Of a stretch of DNA of 64,000 bases, positions 20,969 to 36,400 are shown piece by piece. The notes beneath the pieces were generated by a model that worked only from the letters and a program-made list of their open reading frames with translations, ran no database searches and was not told where the DNA came from. Each line of letters starts with the position of its first letter. Positions within the stretch are counted from its first letter, which is position 1. Source of the stretch: Lytechinus pictus (taxonomy: Eukaryota). The translations under genes and the position numbers were made by a program. The stretch spans positions 29,390,001 to 29,454,000 of the forward strand of contig NC_087251.1 of the NCBI RefSeq assembly GCF_037042905.1, read 5' to 3'.

Positions 20969-23900
20969 TGCACTCTCTCCATCTCATTAAATACCAAAGA
21001 GACAAATGTGTGGCCAAACTGATTAGTCTTCAGGAAGGACATACTGGTTCATTAGGTACTAGGTTCAAATCCCTGTCTCATACTCGAGTGCTTCATTGAA
21101 ATCTATATTGAGGGCGAGATGATGATAACATGCAATATCCATTGGACATGCATACACACAAATTATACATGTGTAGTTTGTGGGATACAAGTACTAATTT
21201 ATGAACACTGGTTGTTAAGATATTGATGTCTGTTATTGCCACTTTCCAGTTGACCTGGATTAAAAAAAGACCTTTCTTTAGAAAATTGCTTCCAGATAAA
21301 TTTTGAAAATTAGGTAAACACCGATTCTGATCTCATGCCAAAACAGTAACCCTAGTCCTTTCTTTGATTTTGTTTTGACCCCCCCCCCACACACACATCA
21401 TTCTTTAGATAAATTAACATGGGGGGGGGTCTGAAAAGGGGTTTTATATAAACAAAGAAAAAAGTATGCAGATATTTTAATTTTGAACAGGTGCCTGATG
21501 AAATAAATTTTTATGAGTGGGTTTTCTAATGGATGAAGTGGATTATATTTTTGCATTGTTGAGAAGAGAATACCATACAATCTAATTTTCACATTTAAGT
21601 AATAAAAAAATTTATTAATATAATAATGAAACAGTTGATGGATCTGTGGAATAAGTATAAAATTGTGGAATCTTTAGTTTTTGCAGTCATGTTTTTGTAT
21701 TGTTGATATTGAATACATCTTCTTGTATTGCAAATCAGAGTGCAATGTTATGTTGACTACCAAGAATTTACAGGGTATCACTGTCACTTTCAAAGCTGTT
21801 TTTGAAAGTGGCCCAGTTACAATTCTATGTGTGTACATGCATTTTTTCCAAACATGCAATAAAAAATTATATTAACCAAAAAAAGGGGGTCACATTAAAT
21901 GGTGATGAATGTATAATAATGTATATGTGTATTTCATATCAATTAAGTTTCGGAATAGTTCCCTTATGTAATTTAAGTTGTAAGGGATGATAGAAAAATT
22001 CAAGTTTATGAAGAAATTCCTTGTGTATATTTGCTTTGTATTCATTTATTCATGATTTTCATTTTTTGTTACAGCCTGGCTGAAATCTGAGTGAGCCTTG
22101 GATTTGTTCTCAAACTGGAAAAAAAAAGGGGGGGGGGTTGATTGATATTATAGAGAAAAGTTGTTCTTTTCCCCCTCTTACATTATCTTTTACTTAAAAA
22201 ATACAGTGGTGTGAATATATTCCATGGAATGCACAGTCCAAATACGCTCATGGGGCTAGCCTGGCATGAGGTCTTTTGTCTATAAGTCAGCTTCAAATAC
22301 AACAAATCTTAATTTCCTTTACCATCTAAGCTGGTCCTAATTTGAGGAGTATATTTCATTGAACGGTAGAGTATGGCACAATTTTTTATGCTACTTTGGG
22401 CCTGAGAATAGGACACTCAAAGCATGTTTACCACTTCATTTGGAGCAACTCCCTAGAGTTTCAATATGGTAATAAAATTAGTTTCCACCTTCCTGCTTTA
22501 ATACGGGTAGATTGAAATGAGGCTATTGGGGATAAATGATTAAAATGAATATATTTATAGTAAAATCTATGCAAAAATAAGCAAAGATGTGTTAAGAATG
22601 CAGTACTTATTGCAAATGTGTTTGTATTTAGGCAATTTCATAAAGAATGTACGTCCAACTTTTGATAATTGGGACCTTACTGAAATTTGGTCTAGTTTTC
22701 ATATGAAAGGCTTGCATGTTATGGATTGAGCATTCCATGAAGTTAAGCAAGATTACAGAAAAAGGGGGTTAGAATTTTCTTAAAGGTAGATTATTTTATG
22801 GAATTGCCCATTTGAAGAGAAATGTATTCCTTTCAACCACATTATGCCTTTATAAATTATACATCTTATTTGTACTTTCATGCAATTAAAAAAAAAGATA
22901 TTTGCATATTAACCTTTTTTTCCTCAGATTTAATTTTTTATTTTTCTAATTAACAATCATTATACTATTATACTTCATTTATATTTTCTTGAAGTTGTAT
23001 TGTAATTAATTAGAGAACAATATGCTTCAGATTGTGTTTTTCTTTGTATTTTTGTTATTTACAAGAAACCTTATCACAGCAGAGATCTGTTCATATTTAA
23101 GTTTTTGTGTTGAATAGGTTAGATGCTAAAGGTTGTGTGATGTATTTTCTGTGTCCTTATACCTAAAATAATATAAATTATGTTTTCATAAAGAGAAATA
23201 AATATTTTCGAAATCAGTATATTGTGTTTTTGATTTTCATTATTTTTGAGTCGTAGGATTGAATGAAAAGAAAGTAAATCTATAAATATTTATCTAATAT
23301 CGATCAGAAGTTAAGATACAAAAAAAATGGAAACAGTGAAACATATCAATACAGGTCATGAATGAATCCCCTTAAATGATAACAGGGGTTTGAACTTTTG
23401 AAGATGGTATTATCATGTGTCGTCATTTGGGAGCTTGCTTCCTGAAATGCTTTTGAATTGTCATATTTTTGTAATTGTTAAAAAGGGCAAGTCCACCCTA
23501 GCAAAAGTTGAATTGAGTGAACCCCCCCCCCAAAAAAAAATAGCATACTTTCGAAATTTCATCAAAATCACATGTAAAATAAAGTTTAATTTTCACAAGA
23601 CAGTTATAATATACATGTATGCACATATTGGTCGGTATGCAAATGAAGGAACCAATGTCACGCACTCAATATATTTTCTTATATGAAATAAAAATGTCTT
23701 AGTCCTCATTTTAAAGGAAAGCAAGGGTTGAATGATTCCTTTTGTTAATATGTGGGAACCACTGTTGCATCCTGCTGTGATTTAGAAGTTGCTACCTTAA
23801 TTTCAAATGTGAAAAAATTTAGATATTCTATATTTCATACAACAAAATACAAAAAAAAAATAGTGAGTGGGTGACATCAACTCTCATTAGCATTTCACTG

Positions 23901-25049
23901 TGTAGTGCATATAACTATTTTGTAAAAAAATATATATATCTTGCATCCAAATTCAATGAATTTTCAGCATTACTGTATACTAGTAGGATTTTTCTCTTTT
24001 TATTCAAATTTTTATAGTATTTCTTTTTGTCATGAAAAATTTTGAGCTTACCCATGTAATGCACATTTAATATCATTCAAAAATATTTGAGAAAAATGAC
24101 AGTTTATGTTACTTTTACAAATCATATCACATCTTATCACTTGTGTCTTTGACAGATTTTTTATCAAACTTTCTTTGGTGAATTACTCTCATTCAAATTG
24201 ACTTCTTGAAGCAAACTGTAAATTAAAGAAAATCAATTTCAAACAATCTTAATTTATACTTCAATAAGAGTAAGAAATCACACTTGAATATCACAATACA
24301 CAAAGAAAATGCACTTTACAAAGGGTTTTCCATATCAAATATTTTAATCAAAATCACCATGTCACACATTCGCATTTTAGTAATCACCATACAACACACA
24401 TTCACATTTTCTAATACGATATTCTCACCAACGACAGCTATAAATATATTCATGGGCTAAAAATATAACCATAGGTATTTGTTAAAATCAATGTATTCTA
24501 TGATACACCTATGTACATATGCACAAGTTAATTGCTCTTATCAAATGTGAACAGGAAAGTATTTCATGTTGTATGTAAAGTTAGGCATTGCTTTATGAAT
24601 GACTGGTTCTTGTGCTAAATGACATACTCCGCATTTTCCTTTGTGTTTCGACAAAGTTGGGCTAAATTCTCTTTTTCTCTAATCAAATTTCATCAAACTA
24701 TGAACTCTGCATTTTGACATTCTTCAAAGGCATTTTATTTTACAAAGATCGCATATCAACTTTTTTTTTAATTGCCACTGATGCTCATCAAAATGATTCA
24801 AATTGGATTTACCACAAGAACATATTCCAGTTTTTCTTAAAACTCATGCATAAACCAGTGACGAGCTAATGCTTCAAAAAATGCCCTGTTGGAGGAAATC
24901 TTATCATCATAGGCAGGTTTATATCATACATTCTCTGAATAGAAACCAACAGACAGATTTAAAGGCTCATGTACACATGGAGCAATTAAGCCCTGTAACA
25001 TTTTATGTGCTAATTGGTATATGAGGTATAAAAAAGATACAACTCTTCT

Positions 25050-25288
25050 CAGTAGCGAACGCAGGATTTTTTTTAAAGCGGGTGGTTTTGAAGCTGAATG
25101 AAATTTTGATAACCAAAAAAAAAAGGTCTTCAAGCAAAAAAAAAAGGGTCTTCACCACAAATTTTACCTTGTTTTGCACCTTAAACAAATTTGACAAGCC
25201 CCCCCCCAAAAAAAAAGCGTCTTCAAAAACATTTTAGGGGGGGTTGAACCCTTACCCCTGTGACCACCCCCTTGCATATGCACTACTG
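25050..25288. mobile_element. hAT-type MITE, near-perfect 8-bp TSD
   Basis: CAGTAGCGAACGCAGG ... CTTGCATATGCACTACTG; flanks ACTCTTCT / ACCCTTCT. Confidence 0.65.
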
Positions 25289-26132
25289 ACCCTTCTCATG
25301 CAACAAAAACTAAAATCAAATTCTTTAAAAAGGTTGGTGCACAATTGTTTCAGAAAGTGCAAAAATCTGTTTAGAGGACAAGCTCACAACATTATTGAAT
25401 ACAGCTCTTGACATGCATGAAGTAATAAAATTATAATGACATTATACAACAACATCATAATGAAATCATAGTGCTGTCAATCCTGTCAAACATTTGAACC
25501 ATTTGTGTTGTAGACTCGAAGTGTAGGCCTATAATGAATGTTTGTAAGCCTAAGTAGGGCAAAATGTCCTGCCCTGAAATTGTCAATATTGTACAGTGAG
25601 GTAAGAGGGTCATCTCATTTCCCTCGCCTTAGAGATTGCCATGCATGTTGACATGCTAAAGATCAGGGTCACTAAATAAAATTTCTAACATAGACTTTGT
25701 ACAAAATTGAACTTGACCTTCAAAATAAGTCTCATTATAGGAATGTTTGATTCATATTTGATAACATATTGTGGGCTAGATTTTTATCTCTCACCTCTCC
25801 AGTAAATAAAATGTACAATCATATGAGGTTTAAGGGTTGATTTCTGATAACTGACCAATAAAAAAAGTATACAGCATGTAATCTAATGACTCAAGGAAAA
25901 TGTAAAGTAATGACCCATATTCAAAATCTCCTTTGTATAACTGATACTGTAAGAACTACACACTGCTATAATGATGTTTAATCAATCAAAAATAAAAGGG
26001 ATATCTGCATGGACAAGACCCAAGACTTCACAACAGTCTGACAATACTCCTCTGAGGTGAACTGGTACCGAGTGTATTTTAATACGACAACCCAAATATG
26101 TTAAAGATGAGAAGGTACTTGAATGCCTGGTA

Positions 26133-29100
26133 TCAAAAGTGTCTGAATACACTGTTTGAGGTAAACTGACTCTGACTGCGATCTAATCTGGGTCTTTTAG
26201 GTTTAGGACCCGAAGGTGTTGTTGATGGGCCTGATGCACTCACAGATCGCTTCACCTGCAGATGAAGATAGAGAGAGAGATAAGGGGGTTGGGGCAACAG
26301 AGGGATGAAAGATAAAAACCAATTCAGAGAGAGGGATGGAGACAGAGAAATGAATATATAAAGAGCCAAAAAGAAGAAAGTGATAAAAAAAGCAATTAGT
26401 AATTCAGAATTATTAGAAATGTTCAGAATTGTCAGTGCTTTCCAAAAAACATTTAATACCAAACATCCAACTCACACACACCTCTTACATGATGTCATCC
26501 AAACACCCAAGATCAGACTTCACACAGACACTAGTCATGATTTCATTCCCAAAATATAATAACCATCTTGAATATTGCATAGTCATTAGCTATAATTTTA
26601 TCCCAATACCTATAACCAGACTTGATATAATATAGACAAAAGTCATGATTGCTGTTGTATAGTTATTAGCTACGACTGTATCTAAAAACACGTCACCAGA
26701 CTTGATATCACAGAGACAGTAGCCATCATTTCATTAATATCACAAAGTCAGTTGTTAAAAACCAGCTTTGAATTTTCCCAAACACCTATTAAACTTAAAT
26801 ATCACAATTTTCAGACACTAGCCTTGATTCCTCCAAACACCCAATGCCAGACGTGACCCAGTTTTAATCTAAACATCTAAAATACACCTACCTTTGGAGG
26901 TTCTACAACACTGTCTTCTCCTCCAATGGAAGCTTCTGCTGACTGAAACACAAAGTTACGGGTGCTTCTCGGTCCTTGAGGGTTTGTGACTGGTTTCAAC
27001 ATGGAGGCCATCTTAGCCAGGTCATTCTTGCTTCGGGATAAGAAGGATCCTCTCTTGCTCTAAAAATATAATTCATTTTTCAAAGTTTTTTTTATTGTAT
27101 ATATTTGTATTTCATTGAGTTAAGAACTGTATAACAAAACAAGGACAGATTGTCCAAAGACCAATTTATGTCTTTCAGTACAAAATAATCATACATATCA
27201 TGTTTTATCAAAATGAAATCACAGAATAAATCACACATTAAAACAATCAAATATTAAACACAGAAAGATAAACTAACATTTTTTCATTCATTTTTTGAAA
27301 AAAATTAAATAAAACCAAGGCAAAAAAATTTAGGCTTTCAAGAGTGAAAGTATGCATGCTTAAATTATGAAGGCCCAACCCATGCATCTAGAGAAATGAA
27401 TATCTACTCACCATGATTTTCAGAGGTTTGGGGGTTCCAATCTTATTCTCTTTCTTTGGTTCTTTTTCTTCCACTTCTTGAGTTGGTGTCTCAACTAAAA
27501 TAGAAAAGTAAATATGGGGTACAAGAAACATAAAAGAGATGTATTTTTTAATAGGAAGTCAGAATTTCTTCCGTCATTGTTTAGACATTTTTTTCTCGAA
27601 ATCATAACTTTCGTATAGTATACAAATATACCAGGCTTTGAGCAAGAGTATAGCAGGAATTATTTGTTTGACGTTGGATTGGCATTACTATATATAGTAA
27701 TTTTGCCAGTACAACCGAGAATGAATAATTCTCTCTTTACTTTCGAAATAAAGGCCTGGTATATTTGTTTTATATCCTACATTTGATAAGTTAGAACAAC
27801 AGATCTTGATAATCTTGTTCTTGTACACATAGTTCATCTTATTTTTTAAATCTGAACCAAAATATGGATAAACACGCTGCGCTGACTGGCCTACTTTTCC
27901 TGAAGTTACGCGCTTAGCGGAATGCGCATTTGTGCCTGCACCCAAGAGATTGCACGATGTGTGTTTAATGATCTGTGACGTCAATGATGGAATAGTGCAC
28001 TTTTCCCTCATTGACGTCACGGAATAGTAATTTTTCTTCAGTGGGCGTTTCATTTTCAACATCATCGCAAAATAATGAGAATATGTTTGGTCACATGATG
28101 CTATTTAAACCAATCAGCATACATGATTCAATTTATGCAGGATATAAGGCATCATATATCATATAAGTGTGTCTCTATGGAATTTATGAGCAAGGACAGA
28201 AAAAAGAAAATATGACTGTGAGCTTCAAGAACATTTTGGGTAAAAGTATTGTACAGATATTGAGTCAATGATTATATGACAATTTGGGTATTCCATCATT
28301 TTCAACAAGCATGAGCAAATAAATGTTCATCCGAGCTGCAAGAAATGGGAACAGACTTCGGGTTTGTAAATATTAAATAAATTGTTCAGCGTATCAACCC
28401 CTTGGCTTGAGAAAATTCATAGTAGATGAAATAAATGTTCATCCGAGCTGCAAGAAATGGGAACAGACTTCGGGTTTGTAAATATCAAATAAATTGTTCA
28501 GCGTATCAACCCCTTGGCTTGAGAAAATTCATAGTAGATGAAAACTTGCTTTCTACACAAGCTTGAACAATTTGTTTTCTGTAGTACTCAGTAATCAATT
28601 AAAGGAGAATGAAACCCTTGAAACCAGCTGAATCCATATCAAAGAGAAAAATCAAAGAAACATATTGTTGAAAGTTTGAGGAAGATTGAATGAATAATAA
28701 GAAAGCTATGAGCATTTGAATATTGAGATCACTAATGCCATGTAGATCCTCCCATTGGCAATGCGACCAAGATCTGTGATGTCACACACGTACAACTCCC
28801 TCATTACTTTAGTACTTATTTCACTTATATTCTCACTTTTATAGAGTCTATCACAAGGTGAGGTGTTCTCTTTATGAGAGGACAAGTACAGAGGTTTCAC
28901 AACATTATATAATTGATGAATCGTTTGTCATATGATTAGAATGAGCAAAAAGAGATGTTTTGGGGTATTATTTTTATTTTTTTATATGTCCAAAAGGGGA
29001 GAGTTGTTCATCTGTGACATCGTAGATCTTGGTCGCATTGCCAATGGGAGGATCTCCATAGCATTAGTGATCTCGACATTCAAATGCTCATAACTCTTCT

Positions 29101-30371
29101 ATTGCTAGTCCTAGTTTGCTCAAACTTTTGTTGATCTTATTCTTTGATTTTTCTGCTTTCACAAAAGCTAACTTGCTCCAAGAGTTTTATTCTCCTTTAA
29201 CATCTCTTAACTGGGTCATATTTCATCTTTGTTGGGGTGTTAAAACCATGAATCTAAAAATAGAAGAACAAAAAAAATGTTGAGGACAGGTCAGAAAATG
29301 TCTAATTTAGAGTTATATTTTGCCAAGAAAGAGTTCTCTATAGAATAGGAATTAGGAGCTTGCTTTCAGACAATATGAGGTTGTCATCATTACCATATTT
29401 CTAAAATACAGCTTGTTTCTATGCTGTCCTCAAATTTATTAAACTTTGACAATGTTTTAGCATCCTATTGATGATATGCTGAAGACACTTACCCTGAGGT
29501 TTCTTGATGGATGCTGCCCTGAGACACTTTGCAAACTGACTACTCTCATCTAAAGATGGGGTCACTGAATCTGGAGTCACTGCACTGGTCTTCTCCTATA
29601 ACAAAAACATGAATAAGCTGATGACAATTATACAAATAATATACAGGTGTGGATGTGCTATAGGCTATGCACATTTGAGGGCTTTTACAATGGTGCCAGA
29701 AACTTGTTTGCCTTTATCACTTTTATTTAGGAATTAAGAATTTTTGTCTGTAATTACTTAAGCGATCATTATCAATGAGAGAAAATAAACAGTGACCAGA
29801 GAGTCCTGTAACAGAAAGATATGCTATGGCTCACAAATATAAACAATCCTAATTGGTTCCTGGTCAATGTTTTGAAACAAAATTTTTAAGAAACCATGAT
29901 AACCACTGCCATTTAGTGTTACAAAGCCCAGTTCGAAAAGGTAAACAATGACATGTAACACCACTCAGTATGTCGAGCCAAAACTTATCTGATGAACTCA
30001 ATCATTCTCCCCCTCCTATATTTCAAACTTAAATACAAACATCTGTCTTACTAGTACTCCATAAGGATTTATTTTGGCCCCCCTGCCTTTATTTGTGTGT
30101 GTTTTTATGGGGGGTTATCTTCTTGCTTTTCTAGGTTTATTAAGTACAAGTACCCTTTATTTTCCTACATTATAAAAATATTATTTGCTAGATTCAATTT
30201 GAATCATTTTGATTCACATCAGCTAAAGTTTTGAAAACACTTTCATTTTTATGTAATTCATGTATTTTATGTAATTTGTCATTGGGGATAGATGTTGATA
30301 TTAAAGGCCTTTGTCAATCCTTCCACATCTTGATTTTTTTATTGGTGTCTTTATGCTATACATTGTAACTG

Positions 30372-30407
<36 letters not shown>

Positions 30408-33400
30408 TTGACTGTATTTTTACTCAATCTGTGGAAATAAAGTTGAACCGAATGACCCTACCTCATTTTCTTTCAACCACTGTTCTCTCTGGTATCTCGT
30501 CAGTCTCCATTGAGTATCTTGATCCTGGGCATCTTCTTCATCTTCCTCCCCATCAGAGCCTGGTCTAAACATATCCATCTGGGACTCTAGATGATATCAA
30601 GAAAATACACATTAAGACAAAGATGTGTTGTCATCAGGGGGCCCTTAACACAAATCTTTGCGATTAATCATACAGTTGATGTGTAAGCTTGATTGCACAT
30701 ATGTATTATGTACCTAAACTTACGATCGAGTGCTAAGCTTTTTGTTAGGAGTTCCTGGGCCCCGTCTTACAAAGAGTTGCGATTGATCCGATCAATCGCA
30801 ACTACGGACGGCTAGCAACGTCAACATATAAAATGCTTTTTTGTTCAAATTTTTTTCTAGATATGTGTATCCATAAATTCATTGATTTCTTGACAATTTG
30901 GTGCGTTCTCCTTTGTTTACAAAGGACATTTTACAAATTTCCTGTAGAAGAAGTTATGACACTGATGGATTTCCATAGAGTTACGATTGATTGGATCAAT
31001 CGTAACTCTTTGTAAGATGGGGCCCAGGTGATGGACCCCAACTGTGTCTTCTGGCAATATACTAAACGGTAATCCAGGCCAAAATGATAAGTTGAAACAA
31101 GAAAAAACAATGACAAAATCAAAATAAAGTGGAACATGATCGAGTTATTGAATTTGGAATTTTTTGTACTAATTTGGTAAAAGAGTTGGATGCATTTCAT
31201 CATGAATATGCAATAAAAGTACTGAGTGGATTGATTAATTAAAATTGCCATCAAATATGGAAGCTAGATTTGTTTTCAAGAATGTGTAAGTCATATCTTC
31301 AAGAGGAAACATATGCCTGGGCATGAAATATTGATTTCCATAAATCAGTGTGGTCCTTTTTATTCAAAGTACAGTGCAAACACCTTCTACATGAAAAGCT
31401 ATTATACCATCGTTTAATTTTCACAGACTGATTGCAACTTCACTTTGTCAATTTACAATGATACAATACTAACAATAAAGGTATTGTGTATAGCATACCA
31501 AGCAGAAAATCATCTTACCCATATGTCGCCATCTAAACTTGCGCGTTCTACCCTTATTATCAGAATGCAGGTCTCCGTCCGGAAGGTACATCTCCTTGAA
31601 GATTCTCAATCTACGAGCATCGTCATCATCCATGGTCTTCCTGTAAATCAAAGTTTGTTAAAAGGAATGAATTAACTTTGCCAAAGTAACTTTATGTCGC
31701 CACCGAGGTGTCAAAACATCTTAAATGAATTTTTTTAGGGCAGCTCAGAAAAGGCTGTATTTCTAGAAATATGCCAATGGTGGCAACCTCTGAAAACAGT
31801 CTCCTAATTTCTGTAGAGAACTCTTTCTAGGCAAGAGGATTGCTGCTTATGTCATAACTCTTAATTCAAGCTTTTTCTGAACTGTCCTCAAATTCTTAAT
31901 TTTGAAATGTAAAGTTTTAACACCCCAGAGGCAATGTGCATGGACAGCAGTACTCTGTATAATCAACAATACATGAACATTTAAAAATAGCATTGAAGTC
32001 AATAATATCTTTTAAAAAAAATCATTTGAGTTCGGTATACAGTGTGGAGTCAATTGAGAGCAGGAGGTGAAATCAAAATGTAATCACTAACATCTTTTCC
32101 CTTCCAGTATTTTGAATTTGGGGAATGGGGTGAATCACTAAGACAGGGATTTATACTTCATTTATAATTCAATCATACATATTGGCATTACAAAATTATG
32201 ATTATATCATATAAATATTTTTATTTTTATTTGTGTGTACTCAATATAATAAGGCACAGCAATATTAATCCCTAGCCATACAAAATGCCAGCAAAATGTG
32301 TGTTATAGAATAAGCTCAAGGAAATACATTATGTAGTAGTACAGATAATACAAGTAGAATTAATTACTTGGAAAAAAAACTGTTATTGCTAATATCATTT
32401 ATATTATTGAATGACATGAGTCCATGTATCATACTTACAAGTGGACTTTGTTGACTTGACTCCTCAGCTCATCTTCATCTCCTATTTCCTCGTTTACGAT
32501 GCCTTCAAGATCTTCATCATCGGGTTCATCTTCGGCATCATAGTTTTCATCGCTATCGGCCTCGCTTCCTGATAACTCGGCTTCATCCTCAACAAAGTTT
32601 GCTAAATTGAGTTTCCTGATAGAGCAGAGAGAAAAAACTTTTTACCAAATTTAAAGGACATATAAAACATTTTTATATCTTTAAACTTTTGTTTCTCTCC
32701 AAATTGTCAATTACCAGTAATCTCATATCCAACTAACTCCTTTGAAAAAAAAGATTTAATAGACTGATTAAGAAAGAAAATCTGCAAAATTCAACTTAGT
32801 AAATAATTTGTATCAGAATATACTCTACTGTGGAGCGTTGTGGCCCAGTGGATTAGTCTTCGGACTTTGAAACAGAGGGTCATGGGTTCAAATCCCCGCA
32901 ATGGCGTTGTTTCCTTCAGCAAGAAATTTATCAACATTGTGCTGCCTCAACCCAGGTGAGGTGAATGGATACCTGGCAGGAATTTATTCCTTGAAATGCC
33001 GAGTGCTGGAAAGGCTGCTTGAGCTACAGCCGGGGTAATAATATCCAAGTCCTTTGGAAGCGCATAGAGACGTTATTCATAATGTGTTATGAGCTATACA
33101 AGAACTGAATATTATTATTATTACTGTAAAAATCAAAGTTTGAAGTCCTCAACCTCCTATAAAAAGAGTTTGTTATAAAAATAACTAGATGTATTTTATG
33201 CTGGATAAAAATTGAATGTCCACAAAGAATCTATGAATTTGTACACATATGTTCAAAGTTGTAACTTACTTGCCATACGTCTTTCCTTTGAAGCCACCCC
33301 TATTAAATTCAAATTCACTATCCAAATCAGATTCATCCCCTCCCTTCTCTGCCTCCTCCTCCTCCTCATCATCATCGCTCTCGTGTTGTATTATCCTGCG

Positions 33401-36400
33401 CCTCTTTTTGGGAGCAATTTCCTCATCACTGCTCAGTCCGTTGTGGACGTCGTCATCGCTGTCTGGTCCGTCAGGGTCTGAAGCGATGTGGAAAGAGAGA
33501 GGGTCGTCGTCCTCCTCCTTCTTGTCTTTCTCTTCCACCTTCCTCGTTGAGCTGACCTGAGATTTTGCTTCCATCCTAGAAGAAATAATCAGAATGATGA
33601 TAACAATAAGGTGAAAGTAAGGGATTGATAAATTAAGGAAATAAGTAAAAGGAAAGGGAAAAGATAACGAATTAAGATACAGAAGATAGGAAAAAAGAAA
33701 TAAATAGAATGAAGGAAACATATCAAAAAGAAAAAAATAACATTTCCATTGAGAAGAAAGAAAAGAAAACAAGGAATAAAAGAAGAGGGAAGAATGATAA
33801 ATCAAACAAGGCAAAAGAAAGAATGAACGTAGGGAACATAAAGATAAGAGAGATCAAAGAACGAAAAGGATATCAAATTTTCTTCAAGATAAAACAAGAA
33901 AAGGAGAAAAGTAAAATAAGAGACAAGAGAAAGAGAAAAGTGTAATCTGAGGATATAAAGAAGAAAGAATGAATAGGTGATAAACACATCAATCTCATGC
34001 AGCCTAGGTTCTCATATATATATCATGCTAGTTGTCCTGTGCTCCTCAAAAGACCATTTTTAAATAATAGCTGGAATTGTAAAAGGACATGTGAGGCTAT
34101 AGCACTTAGTCCTCAAATTAAACATACATCAACTAGACAGATGATGATAAATGACATACCCAGTGAATGTCCCCGAACAAAGGTCTAGTAATTCATCCAT
34201 GTTGGCTTGAGTACCAGGTCTTTGCGACACTTGAGAGAACGGTCCCGGCTTGTCAGCTTTAGAAACATCCACACCTGAAAGGGAAGGAATATATGATGAA
34301 TAGCTATAGATTTCTAGCCAGAGGTGAATGAGCTAAATCTATCCCACTCATGATTTCACTTTTGAACTTCTGGATCTACATTAACACGGCTCAACACTCC
34401 AGGGCCCCCATTTCATATTAAAAACTGGTTATAAAAACAAACTTGCAATAACAGTTTGAAGCTACTGAAATCATTCAATTTGATTGGCTGATGGTGAATT
34501 TGTTATAGAAATTGAGCATCTTTTATTATAACAAGTCTTTATGAAAAGGGTCCCAGAGGAGTAAAACAAGTTAGGTGGATGGCAGAAAAACTAATACAAA
34601 ATCAAATCATTGATAATATGGTTCCAGTCTGTTTGTGCATTTTAGGGTCTTGAGTGTCTACCATGGTTTTAGGTAAAGAATTCCGATCAGTTAGTTTTCC
34701 TGGTAGAAATTAATAATTTAAAGGTATCTTTACTGCAGCTGATTCCATTGTATGATTCATCGTGAGATCATCTGGTTTGCTCTGGTGACGGGGTGTAGCA
34801 GAGCCTTGACTGGATTGGAAAACTAGCCTTCAACTGACACAACCATTTCTGAATGGACCGTATCATTATATTTGTCACTCCTTTTCTCATGTGTGAGCTC
34901 GATTTGTGTACAAGTATATTGGACTTGGGAAGCTGTCACCAGCACAGATAAAATAAATGTCAGTGAATGGACATGTCATGATACTGCCTTTGAACGATAG
35001 GTAACATACATAAGACACATTCTAAAAAAATAAAAGATGAAGATGAGAAGTTACAGCCAACATGACACAACTACATGTACTTTGAACGCAAGATCTATAC
35101 AAAAACTACACGCAATAAATCCAAGATGCAACACTTTGATAAAGTTGTCTCATAATATATGCCCTCAAATCATTTTATGCTACTAGATCTCTTTACAACA
35201 TTAAAAACATCCATAAAGACAAAGAAGCATAAATTACCTATTGAGATTTCCTTGAAAACAGCACACAAAAAAGCTTACCTTGTGTTGTAGTGAACTGTCC
35301 AGAACACAGACCTAATAGTTCATCCATACTCTCTTGACTCTCCCCATTTTGAGTTTGAGTATTTTCAAACATAGTCTTCATCTTCTTGGAAGATGATGAT
35401 GATTTCAAGTTGAGAAGTCTGAAAGATTAATGATAAAGGTAAAGTGGTGCAACTTTAACATATAAAATAACAGAGTCTGAATAAAGGAACACCTAAACAT
35501 GATTAATAATTTTGAAAAGCATTTTATGAAAGAAAAGTTTTATCCAAGGAATAAATAAATGAAACTTAGTTAGTGTTCTAATAGCTCTAGTACCTTTATT
35601 GGCATATTCATGATATGGAATTATTCAAAATTCAATGAAAACTAAAAAATGACAAAATGTAAGTTTCTACTGGCCATACAGACACAGGTGTGTGTGTGAC
35701 CTAGGCTTGAATTGTACGTATTGCATAAAAATGATTAAAACAATCCCTCCAGTGACAAAATATGATTTTAAAAGCATGTTAACCTCGGTGTGCAGCAAGA
35801 TAAGGCCCTAAACCAACATAATAAAATGTCTAAAAGAATGACCACCCCCAATACAGACCTGCCAACCTCTGGGAATGAAAAACTGTATTCTGTGATAAAA
35901 AAACTGTTTTTTTTCCCCCAAAAAGTGTATTTCATAATAAAATGCTTGGCGCACTCGCTCATCGCAGCGCTCAAGCTGCATGCATACTATACTAATACTA
36001 ACGTTGCAATACACTGCTCTTGCAGATGAAAAAAAAAAATTGAAACATGTGTATATCTTCATCCTGGTTTTAACAAAATGATTGAAAAAAAAACAAGTTA
36101 CCTGAAATTATATTGATCTAATAACCATATTTGTGTACATTTTATGAAATAGAGACATATAGAGATGATTTTTTTCTCAATAAATTACGATTTTGTATTT
36201 TTTTTTATACAAAAAACATATTTTTTAAAGAAAAAATGTACTGCCGTATGTTGGTTGCAAAAACGTACTAAATACGCCTAAAACGTACTGGTTGGCAGGG
36301 TCTGCCAATACCAATAAAGAATTATCCTGTTCAAAATATTGAAGGGTGCATGTTTGTTAATTACGGTCACTCACCCATTCTCATCCAGAAATTGTGTTTG

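Noticed and set aside
34740..35021. Exon-like stretch between the two Chk1-binding exons
   Set aside because: An in-frame stop occurs in the phase needed for Claspin, and the flanking exons already join in phase.
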